Assembly: GCA_019058315.1 (NCBI GenBank)
Contig: JAHPZH010000006.1
Location: forward strand, 107,052 to 139,051
Direction of reading: 5' to 3'
Source of the DNA: Candidatus Helarchaeota archaeon
GTDB lineage: Archaea > Asgardarchaeota > Lokiarchaeia > Helarchaeales > RDOG01
DNA length: 32,000 nucleotides
The notes under the pieces are model-generated. The model worked only from the letters and a program-made list of their open reading frames with translations. It did no database searches and was not told the origin of the DNA. A program made the translations under genes and the position numbers. Shown here piece after piece: positions 17,818-25,514 of the stretch (its first letter is position 1; each line of letters opens with the position of its first letter).

Positions 17818-18016
17818 TGCCGAAGGAGGGCTTTCCGTCCAAATTCTAGTAGCTATTTGGTTTCGGACCCTCGATCTCCGGAATACGCGTTTATGGAGCT
17901 AAATCCGATAACTTTATGAGTCCGGCGCGTATTCTTCTTGATCATAATAGATCAAGATTTCTAACCAGGTTTCTCTCCAAGAAAGCTGAGCTTTCCGGGA
18001 CCTAAGCTACTTCGGC
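17818..18016 (-). tRNA. tRNA with CAU anticodon (elongator Met or Ile2), apparently four introns; no encoded CCA; atypical T-loop
   Basis: The reverse complement reads GCCGAAG-TA-GCTTAG[~32 nt]CCTGGTTAGA[~31 nt]GC-G-CCGGA-CTCATA[~31 nt]-TCCGG-AGATC-GAGGG-TCCGAA[30 nt, 17861-17832]G-CCCTC-CTTCGGC-A. That is 199 nt for a tRNA of about 75 nt. The exon borders in the D-arm and anticodon loop are approximate. Confidence 0.55.
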
Positions 18017-18123
18017 TATGTTAATTCTTACAAGCTTTATTAAAATAACCTTAGTTTATAGAGTTTACTATTATTTATATTAAACCTTTTTCTTAAAGAA
18101 ATGAGTAAAACTAATTAAATGAA

Positions 18124-18199
18124 TGGAGCCTCTGGGGGGATTCGAACCCCCGACCATTGGCTTACAAGGCCAGCGCTCTACCAACTGAGCCACAGAGGC
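18124..18199 (-). tRNA. tRNA-Thr(UGU), intron-less, CCA encoded
   Basis: The reverse complement reads GCCTCTG-TG-GCTC-AGTTGGTA-GAGC-G-CTGGC-CTTGTAA-GCCAA-TGGTC-GGGGG-TTCGAAT-CCCCC-CAGAGGC-T-CCA. 76 nt. Confidence 0.95.
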
Positions 18200-18214
18200 A
18201 TTATTTAGATGATA

Positions 18215-18323
18215 TGGTGGGAAAGGTGAGATTTGAACTCACGATCCCGTGGTTTCTTTTTGATCCTTTACAATTTTCGGATATCCCAAGCCACGAATCA
18301 TAGCCAAGCTAGACCACTTTCCC
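18215..18323 (-). tRNA. tRNA-Pro(UGG) with a 31-nt intron at or near 37/38; CCA encoded
   Basis: The reverse complement reads GGGAAAG-TG-GTCT-AGCTTGGCTA-TGAT-T-CGTGG-CTTGGG[31 nt]A-CCACG-GGATC-GTGAG-TTCAAAT-CTCAC-CTTTCCC-A-CCA. Confidence 0.9.
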
Positions 18324-18328
18324 ATATT

Positions 18329-18552
18329 TGGTGGGGTTGAAGGGATTTTCACCGAAATTTCGATTATTTCGGATTTGAACCCTTGATAAGTCCTCTGGAT
18401 AAAACTCGTTCATCCAAACGAGTTACTCCTAGTGGTACGCTCCAAAATTACATCATCTGGAATCAGTATTTTTATTCTATTTTTCTGGAGCCCGTTGTCA
18501 TACCGTGTTTTCTTAAGCTCACAATATGTGAACACATCTAGACCACAACCCC
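18329..18552 (-). tRNA. tRNA-Trp(CCA) with four introns (D-loop ~30 nt, 37/38 61 nt, variable region ~28 nt, T-loop 28 nt); CCA encoded
   Basis: The reverse complement reads GGGGTTG-TG-GTCT-AG[~30 nt]CACGGTA-TGAC-A-ACGGG-CTCCAG[61 nt, 18484-18424]A-CTCGT-[variable region plus ~28 nt]-AAGGG-TTCAAA[28 nt, 18373-18346]T-CCCTT-CAACCCC-A-CCA. The 37/38 and T-loop introns sit in canonical BHBs (CTCC/GGAG and TTCA/TGAA central helices). The other two borders are approximate. Confidence 0.7.
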
Positions 18553-18585
18553 TTTTTATTCAGCTTTTTTAGGAGGTTTTTATGT

Positions 18586-18742
18586 GAGAAAATAATATTT
18601 TACCGTGTTCGGAACGAGAACGGATGGTTCCATTGGCCTATGGCCGACCACGAATGATCAGCTAACTGGATTTCTCGTTGGCTCTCGCACAACAGAAGTT
18701 CCAATAACGCACCAAATGTTTAATTCGGCATATTATTTCCTC
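18586..18742 (-). other. Bulge-helix-bulge processing structure enclosing the permuted 5S
   Basis: A 13-bp outer stem pairs 18742-18730 (GAGGAAATAATAT) with 18598-18586 (ATATTATTTTCTC). The 4-bp central helix is GCCG (18729-18726) / CGGT (18605-18602). The 3-nt bulges are AAT (18725-18723) and AAA (18601-18599). Confidence 0.55.
18600..18723 (-). rRNA. 5S rRNA gene, circularly permuted (3' half encoded upstream of the 5' half, joined by a UUCG loop)
   Basis: 18650->18603 reads TGGTCGGCCATAGGCCAATGGAACCATCCGTTCTCGTTCCGAACACGG, a 5S 5' half. 18723->18655 supplies the 3' half, ending GCTGATCA, which pairs with the TGGTCGGC start across the TTCG at 18654-18651. Rotated, the sequence is about 120 nt with all five 5S helices. 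See the finding for details. Confidence 0.6.
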
Positions 18743-19143
18743 TTTTTCTAAGGCGCCATAAATGTTTTCCGTTTTATTAATCATTTTCCATAATTTAAAT
18801 TTAAACTTCAATTTTTAAAAATTCTAAAGAATTAATTTAAAATTTTTCTCCATTACTTTTAACTTATTCTAATTTGAAATTTTATGTAAGCTATTAAACC
18901 AATAATTTATTATTTTCATCATATAACTTAATGCTTGACGATTTTAAATATTTGGAATAAAATCCAACTGTGTATTATTAACTTAAAATTATTAGTTTCT
19001 TAAAATAAAATAGAAAAATATTCATAAATTGATTTTGTATTCAAAAAATATATCTAAAATTTTTCTAAATTTGTTAAAATTAATAAAATTAGGTGAATTT
19101 TACATCCCTATATAATTCAATCAAATAATAATTGTGATTAAAG

Positions 19144-20292
19144 ATGGCTAATGGCACTCCCTCAATTCCTGGATTAACCCCACAAACAGATTATTTTACT
19201 ATGATTCTTCAAGTTGTTTTTTATGTTTTCTTCTTTATCTTTATGTTTTATGGTCAACGTATCCAAATGTGGACTTGGTTAAAAACTATAGAAAATGCAG
19301 TTGCAAAGTTGCAATATATGGCTCATGAGGGTAGAGAAATAACTATAAATATGATTAAGAATATTGCGAAACCGGAGACCGATCCTAGAAGTCTTGTGGG
19401 ACAATTTCTGGAATTCTTCATTGTCCAACCTGTAGAAAAAGATCCCGCAGGAGTCATAAGAAGATTAGAACATGTTCTTGATGTTCGTGAATCTAGATTT
19501 AAAGAGCATGTTAAAATCTTAGCACCTAATGTCAATAAGGATGAAGCTGCAAATATTGAAAATACATTAGAAGCTGCATTATCTGTCAATTTAATTTATC
19601 GAATTGTAAAACATTTTTACTTATTGGGTAAAAAGACCAAATCAATGATGGTTATTATGCAGATTCAAATGCAATTAAGTCTTATATTGAGAATCGCAAA
19701 AGCAATAATGGAGGCTTTAAAAGCTTTTTCACAAGGGAAACCAATTGGAGATGGTTTGGGACCTTTAGTTATTGCAAATCTTTATCATCGATATAAAAAT
19801 TCTCAAAATGAACCAAAGACAATACTTGATTACACAGAAGATATCACAGTCCATGAATTAGAAATTGAAGATAGACATGCATTTTTAGTTCGAGCCACAG
19901 GTCCTGGAGCTAGAGTAGGAAAACCAGGTAAAGCTGTTCAAAAGCTAATGGATGAATATCAAGATAAAATCAAACGTTTATTCATGATAGATGCTGGTTT
20001 AAAACTTGAAGGTGAAAAAACTGGGGATGTGATTGAAGGCGTTGGTGCAGTTATAGGAGGACCCGGTGTTGAAAAATATAAGATTGAAGAAAGTGGTGTA
20101 AAATATAATCTACCAATGGATGGTTATGTAGTAAAAGAATCCGAAATTGATGCATACGGTCCAATGAAACAAGATATTTCAAAATCTGTAAATAAAGTAA
20201 TTGAAATGTTAAAAAATGGAATTCAAGAGCGAACAGAAAAAGGTGACACTATTATCATCTGTGGTGTAGGAAATACTATCGGAATCGGATAA
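19144..20292 (+). CDS. Conserved archaeal membrane-anchored protein of unknown function (possibly DUF1512 family)
   Basis: 382 aa with an N-terminal TM helix (MILQVVFYVFFFIFMFYGQRIQ). A soluble domain follows with Gly-rich blocks GDGLGPLVIANLY, VRATGPGARVGKPGKA and EGVGAVIGGPGVEKY. The family name comes from memory of the family length and N-terminal pattern and has not been verified. Confidence 0.45.
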   Translation: MANGTPSIPGLTPQTDYFTMILQVVFYVFFFIFMFYGQRIQMWTWLKTIENAVAKLQYMAHEGREITINMIKNIAKPETDPRSLVGQFLEFFIVQPVEKDPAGVIRRLEHVLDVRESRFKEHVKILAPNVNKDEAANIENTLEAALSVNLIYRIVKHFYLLGKKTKSMMVIMQIQMQLSLILRIAKAIMEALKAFSQGKPIGDGLGPLVIANLYHRYKNSQNEPKTILDYTEDITVHELEIEDRHAFLVRATGPGARVGKPGKAVQKLMDEYQDKIKRLFMIDAGLKLEGEKTGDVIEGVGAVIGGPGVEKYKIEESGVKYNLPMDGYVVKESEIDAYGPMKQDISKSVNKVIEMLKNGIQERTEKGDTIIICGVGNTIGIG

Positions 20293-20304
20293 GGGGCAAT
20301 ATTA

Positions 20305-20937
20305 ATGTCTTTAAATGGCGAAAAAAAATCTAAAAGTAGTAGTATATTTCAAGCACTTAGTACTATATTATTTATTATAAGTTTTTTTCTTATTTTATCT
20401 GCTTTTGGATTAATACCAAATTTTCCAATGGATCAAAATTTTTTGACTTATGGTATGATCTTATTAGTACCTGCGTTTCTATTTTTAATTTTAAGTGTTT
20501 TAACAGGAGTGAGCAAAGAAGTTAAAAAATTAGAAGAATTTACAACAATAAAATGCCAAAATTCTTCATGTCAATATGTTTTAATCAGGGATTTTAATAA
20601 AAAAGACTTTGTGTTTAAAGAATTGGAAGCATCTTGTCCAAAATGTAATTCAACAATGTATATAACAGATATTTCTTCTATTCCTACAAAGAAGATTAAA
20701 GAAGATACTAAGAAAGAAATTCGCTCAAAAAAACCAAAACTTGATAAAAAAGAAAAGAATTATAAAACGATAACCACTTTTAAATGTGAAAATTCAGACT
20801 GTGATTTTATTAAAACAAGAAATTTTGAAATAAATGATTATATTTTTAAAAAAATTGACGATAGTACTTGTTCAAAGTGTGGTTCGACTTTATATATTTC
20901 TGAAATAAGCCATTTAATTCCAAAAAAAGTTTCTTAA
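20305..20937 (+). CDS. Membrane protein with two tandem zinc-ribbon modules
   Basis: Two N-terminal TM helices are followed by a duplicated module: IKCQNSSCQYV...ASCPKCNSTMYITDIS and FKCENSDCDFI...STCSKCGSTLYISEIS. A Lys-rich linker separates the copies. It starts 12 nt after the upstream gene. Confidence 0.6.
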   Translation: MSLNGEKKSKSSSIFQALSTILFIISFFLILSAFGLIPNFPMDQNFLTYGMILLVPAFLFLILSVLTGVSKEVKKLEEFTTIKCQNSSCQYVLIRDFNKKDFVFKELEASCPKCNSTMYITDISSIPTKKIKEDTKKEIRSKKPKLDKKEKNYKTITTFKCENSDCDFIKTRNFEINDYIFKKIDDSTCSKCGSTLYISEISHLIPKKVS

Positions 20938-21027
20938 TCTTTGATTAGAAATAAATTATTTGAATTAAAATAGTTCTTTTTAGTTTGCATATAAAGCATT
21001 TAAGTCTTTGAAACTCCTATTTTTTTT

Positions 21028-21501
21028 ATGAAAAAAAAATTCTCTTTAGTAGGTTTCTCTGGAACATTTGGACCTCTTCATATTGGACACAAACAACTGT
21101 TTAGAAAAGCATTTGAGGTTAGCGAGAAAGTGATGGTAGGAATTACAGATGATTCCATGACAATAAAAAAAGAGTGTGCCGAATTAATAGCACCATATTC
21201 GGAGAGAAAAGCAGCAATTATAAATTTTTTAAAAGAAGAAGGATATTCAGAAAATGTAATTTTTATAAAATTAACTGATAATTATGGTCCAGCTATTGAG
21301 GACAAAGGGTTAGAAGCATTAATTCTAAGTAAAGAGACTGCCTATATGGGAGATAAAATAAATGAAATTCGAAAAGAACGAAATTTGAAACCTTTAGATT
21401 ATGTCACTGTAGATTTAATTCTTGCAAAAGATGGAAAACGCATTTCTTCAACCCGAATTAGAAAAAAAGAGATAGATCCTGATGGAAATGTTTTAGAGTG
21501 A
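21028..21501 (+). CDS. coaD: Archaeal-type phosphopantetheine adenylyltransferase (cytidylyltransferase fold)
   Basis: GTFGPLHIGHKQL (HxGH) near the N-terminus and ISSTRIR near the C-terminus. 157 aa, with the layout of archaeal PPAT (COG1019-type). Confidence 0.75.
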   Translation: MKKKFSLVGFSGTFGPLHIGHKQLFRKAFEVSEKVMVGITDDSMTIKKECAELIAPYSERKAAIINFLKEEGYSENVIFIKLTDNYGPAIEDKGLEALILSKETAYMGDKINEIRKERNLKPLDYVTVDLILAKDGKRISSTRIRKKEIDPDGNVLE

Positions 21502-21560
21502 AGTTTTAATGTTATTTTTTATTATTCAATGTATTGAATTTTTAATATAGTTGAAATTAA

Positions 21561-23108
21561 ATGTCTAAAAATCTTATAGCAGTATCAGAAGCTGAAATAA
21601 CAATCCTTAAAAGTTTGAAAAAACTCGGAGGAAAAGCTAGTCCCGAACAGATTGCTGACCATGCTAATTTACCTTTAATTAAAGTTAAATCAAGTAAATC
21701 CTTTCTTTGGGATAAAGGATTAATAGATTTTAAAGATTCGGAGATAATCAATTATTACGCAACTAATGAGGGAGTTAATTATGCAATTAGTGATTTACCT
21801 GAAATTCAAATAATTAATTTTCTAAAAAATAATCCCAAATCTAATATACAAAGTATGAATAAAAAAATAGAAAGGCAAATTCTCAATATTGGGATAAAAT
21901 GGGCAAAGAAAAAAAAATGGATCTCAACAATTAAGGAAGATAATGAAACTAAATTTGTTCTTACAAAATCAGGGAAAAAAATTAACCTACCTCTCGAATC
22001 AAAAATATTAAAAATCTTTTCATCAGCTGAGATTAGTCACACTGAAGAATCTTTAATGGATGCATTTCCAAGTTTGAAAACAAATATATCGCCTCTTACA
22101 GAATTGAAAAAAAGAAATCTAATTAAATCTAAAAAGAAAGTTAAATCTATTTTCATAATTAAAGATTTCAATTTCAATGATTTAACTACTAAACAAATAA
22201 CAAAATTAACTAGAGATGATATATTAAGCGGTTCTTGGAAATCTGCAAAAATAAAACCATATAATATTTCTAGTTCACCTCCCGTAATTTATCCTGGAAA
22301 GAAACAACCCTATTTAGAATTACTCGATGAAGTTCGTGAAATACTTGTTGGAATGGGCTTTCAAGAAGAAATTGGCCCTATTGTAGAGGCAGAATTCTTC
22401 AATTTTGATGCATTATTTCAAGCTCAAGATCATCCTGCACGTGAAATTCATGACTCTTATATTCTAAAATTTCCCCAATTTGCAAATCTTAAAAGGAATT
22501 CTTATATAACAAATGTAGAACAAACGCATGTTGATGGTTGGGAAACTGGATCAATTGGTTGGGGGTCATTTGATTTTGAATTGTCTATGAGATTAATTCT
22601 TCGTACACAAACTACTGCTGTTTCAATTAGAAAGCTTATTGAAGTTAATGAACCTCCTATCCGCATGTTTTGTCTTGATAAAGTATTTAGACCTGATGTC
22701 TTGGATGCAAAGCATGCTGTTGAATTTCACCAACTTGAAGGAATAGTTCTTGGTGAAAATTTAAATTTAAGACAATTATTAGGTGTTCTTTCACAATTTG
22801 GAAAAGAATTAGGGTTTGAAGATATTAAATTTAAACCTGGGTATTTCCCATTTACTTGCCCTAGTGTAGAAGCTTTTGTTAAGCACCCAAAGCTTGGATG
22901 GATTGAAATTCTCGGCAGTGGTCTATTTCGTCCCGAGGTTTTGATCCCACTGGGTGTTGATTATCCCAAAGTTCAATGCATCGCATTTGGAATCGGAATT
23001 GGTCGTTTAGCAATGATTAGACTAGGTTTAGATGATATCAGAGAGCTTCATTCTCAGAATTTGAATTATTTACGAAATACATCAGTAGTAATTTCGAAAA
23101 AAATGTGA
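21561..23108 (+). CDS. pheS: Phenylalanine--tRNA ligase alpha subunit
   Basis: Class II motifs FRPDVLDAKHAVEFHQLEG and AFGIGIGRLAMIRLG. The long N-terminal winged-helix region is typical of archaeal/eukaryotic PheS. Confidence 0.92.
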   Translation: MSKNLIAVSEAEITILKSLKKLGGKASPEQIADHANLPLIKVKSSKSFLWDKGLIDFKDSEIINYYATNEGVNYAISDLPEIQIINFLKNNPKSNIQSMNKKIERQILNIGIKWAKKKKWISTIKEDNETKFVLTKSGKKINLPLESKILKIFSSAEISHTEESLMDAFPSLKTNISPLTELKKRNLIKSKKKVKSIFIIKDFNFNDLTTKQITKLTRDDILSGSWKSAKIKPYNISSSPPVIYPGKKQPYLELLDEVREILVGMGFQEEIGPIVEAEFFNFDALFQAQDHPAREIHDSYILKFPQFANLKRNSYITNVEQTHVDGWETGSIGWGSFDFELSMRLILRTQTTAVSIRKLIEVNEPPIRMFCLDKVFRPDVLDAKHAVEFHQLEGIVLGENLNLRQLLGVLSQFGKELGFEDIKFKPGYFPFTCPSVEAFVKHPKLGWIEILGSGLFRPEVLIPLGVDYPKVQCIAFGIGIGRLAMIRLGLDDIRELHSQNLNYLRNTSVVISKKM

Positions 23109-23218
23109 ATTTTTAAGTCCAGCTTAAGAATAATATTTGTCTACATCTACACTTTAAAAAACATATTTTTTATTTTTCATAACATTAATTATGAGAATTT
23201 TAAACAAAAACTTAATTT

Positions 23219-25423
23219 TTGGTGAAAATTATTAAAATTGAATCATTAAAGATCCCAGAATCAGTAAAAAATATTTTAAAACAGGAAAAATATATTGAGC
23301 TTTACCCTCCTCAAGCAGAAGCGATAAAAAAGGGAGTGCTAAATGGAAGAAATTTAGTTCTTGCAATACCAACTGCATCTGGTAAAACTCTAATTTCTGA
23401 GTTAGCTATGTTAAAATCCATAATAGAAAAAAATGGAAAGGCAGTTTATCTAGTTCCATTACGTGCTCTAGCAAATGAAAAATATGAAAGTTTTAAAAAA
23501 TGGGAAAAAATAGGTGTGACGGTGAATATTTCCACTAGTGATTATGATAATAAAGACCCATGGCTAAAAAAATATCAATTAATCATAAGCACAAACGAAA
23601 AATTTGATTCTTTGATAAGACATCAAGTAAAATGGATTAATGATATAACTGTATTTGTCTTTGATGAAGTTCATTTAATGAATGACCCTCAACGAGGACC
23701 TACTTTAGAAATTTTAATTACGACGATAATGCAATTTGTTAAAAATGCACAAATTATTGCTCTTAGTGCTACAGTACAAAATGCAGAACAAATTGCTGAA
23801 TGGCTGAATGCATCAGTTGTCATTAGTGATTGGCGCCCAGTTAAATTAAATGAGGGAGTATATTTCGATGATTCTATTTATTTTTCGGATAAACAAGTAA
23901 AATTATCAAAGATTTATTCAGATCCTATTGTTGATATAGTAGTTGATACGATTAAAAATAAAAAACAAGCTTTAATATTCACAGATACGAGACGTTCTGC
24001 TGCTGGAATAGCAAACAGAATTTCAAAATATATTCTTAAATATTTGAAAATATCAGATCGAAGGGCGCTAGAATCAATCGCAAATCAAATTTTATCTATA
24101 GGAGAGAAGACCAAGATTCGCCAAAAATTAGCTGATCTAATCATTAAAGGCGTAGCATTTCACCATGCTGGTCTTATTTCAGGACAGCGAAAACTAATTG
24201 AAACATCTTTCAAAGATAATAAAATAAAAATTATATGTGCCACTCCGACTTTGGCAGCAGGGGTTAATTTACCTGCCCGAAGAGTCGTTATTTCTAAATA
24301 TACTAGGTTTGATGTTAATTTTGGCCCACAACCTATTCCAGTTTTAGAATATAAACAATTTGCGGGAAGAGCTGGAAGACCAAAATATGACACAGAAGGC
24401 GAGTCAATATTGATTTCTAATACCGAAAATGAAAAAGAGTTTCTAATGAATAATTACATATTAGGTGAACCAGAACCAATTAATTCCAGATTAATACAAG
24501 AATCTGTTTTGAGAACTCATATATTAGCATTAATAGCACGAGGTACAGGACTAGCAAAAAAAGATATTGAAAATTTTATAGAAACTACTTTTTTGGCACA
24601 TCAAAGTATTTTTGATGATTTTTATTCAATAATAGATAATGTGATTGATTTTTTAATGGATGAAGAATTAATTGAACAAAAAAATAATCTTCTTATTCCT
24701 ACAAAATTAGGAAAAAGAATTGCTCAGTTATATATTGACCCCAAAAGTGGAATAATTTTAAAAAATGCGATTTTAAATCTTAATGATGCCAATATTAATA
24801 CAGTAGGAATTTTACACTTAATAACGCGAACCGAGGATATTCCTAAGTTATATTTGAGAAAAAAGGATTATGAAGAATTAAAACCATTCATTATTAAACA
24901 CTTGGACGACTTTTTCTTTGATATTGAAGAAAATGAATGGATTTTTTCTGAAATGAAAGTTGCTTCTTTAATATATCTATGGATAAACGAAGTAGATGAA
25001 AATACAATAATATCTAAGTTTGGTATTGGTTCAGGAGACATCCATAGATACGTTGAATTATATGATTGGTTAATTTATGCTTTTCATGAAATTGCTAAAT
25101 TATATAAAAGAACGAAATTGAAAGAATTTGTGAAAAATTTACAAATGAGAATAAAATATGGTATTAAAGAAGAATTATTAGAATTAGTTAGTTTAAAAGG
25201 GATAGGTAGGGTTAGAGCCAGAATTCTTAATAATCATGGATATACTTCAATTGACTTATTGAAAAAAGCTAAAGAGAAAGATCTAATGAGATTAGAATAT
25301 TTTGGTCCTGAATTAATAAAATCCATTTATGAACAAATAGGAGTGACTATTGGGAAATTAACATCAAGTTCTACACAAGATAAACTTAAATTAAACCAAA
25401 AAAGCATTGATGACTATATTTAA
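23219..25423 (+). CDS. hel308: Hel308/Hjm (Ski2-like) DNA helicase
   Basis: Motif I AIPTASGKT, motif II VFDEVH, motif III LSAT, then HHAGL and motif VI QFAGRAGRP. The C-terminal helix-hairpin-helix is LVSLKGIGRVRARIL. TTG/GTG start region. Confidence 0.85.
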   Translation: MVKIIKIESLKIPESVKNILKQEKYIELYPPQAEAIKKGVLNGRNLVLAIPTASGKTLISELAMLKSIIEKNGKAVYLVPLRALANEKYESFKKWEKIGVTVNISTSDYDNKDPWLKKYQLIISTNEKFDSLIRHQVKWINDITVFVFDEVHLMNDPQRGPTLEILITTIMQFVKNAQIIALSATVQNAEQIAEWLNASVVISDWRPVKLNEGVYFDDSIYFSDKQVKLSKIYSDPIVDIVVDTIKNKKQALIFTDTRRSAAGIANRISKYILKYLKISDRRALESIANQILSIGEKTKIRQKLADLIIKGVAFHHAGLISGQRKLIETSFKDNKIKIICATPTLAAGVNLPARRVVISKYTRFDVNFGPQPIPVLEYKQFAGRAGRPKYDTEGESILISNTENEKEFLMNNYILGEPEPINSRLIQESVLRTHILALIARGTGLAKKDIENFIETTFLAHQSIFDDFYSIIDNVIDFLMDEELIEQKNNLLIPTKLGKRIAQLYIDPKSGIILKNAILNLNDANINTVGILHLITRTEDIPKLYLRKKDYEELKPFIIKHLDDFFFDIEENEWIFSEMKVASLIYLWINEVDENTIISKFGIGSGDIHRYVELYDWLIYAFHEIAKLYKRTKLKEFVKNLQMRIKYGIKEELLELVSLKGIGRVRARILNNHGYTSIDLLKKAKEKDLMRLEYFGPELIKSIYEQIGVTIGKLTSSSTQDKLKLNQKSIDDYI

Positions 25424-25514
25424 AAAAAATAAATTCCAATTTAATAGAGATTTTAACAATGTTCTTAGCCAATTCAGTTTTTTACTAATAATGAATAAAT
25501 TTGGAGTATAAGGT

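Noticed and set aside
17818-18016. Initiator tRNA-Met assignment for the CAU tRNA.
   Set aside because: The first pair is G1-C72 rather than A1-U72. The anticodon stem is CCGGA/UCCGG, without the three consecutive G-C pairs typical of initiators.
18603-18655. A truncated 5S rRNA pseudogene (5' half only).
   Set aside because: The complementary 3' half, with a matching helix I strand, lies directly upstream and is joined by a UUCG loop. The flanks form a BHB. A permuted but complete gene explains all of it better than decay does.
19323-19589. 88-aa minus-strand ORF inside the DUF1512-like gene.
   Set aside because: It is an antisense shadow ORF.
21557-21751. 64-aa minus-strand ORF at the pheS 5' end.
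   Set aside because: It is antisense to pheS and has no support.
24160-24393. 77-aa minus-strand ORF inside hel308.
   Set aside because: It is antisense to the conserved helicase motif VI region.
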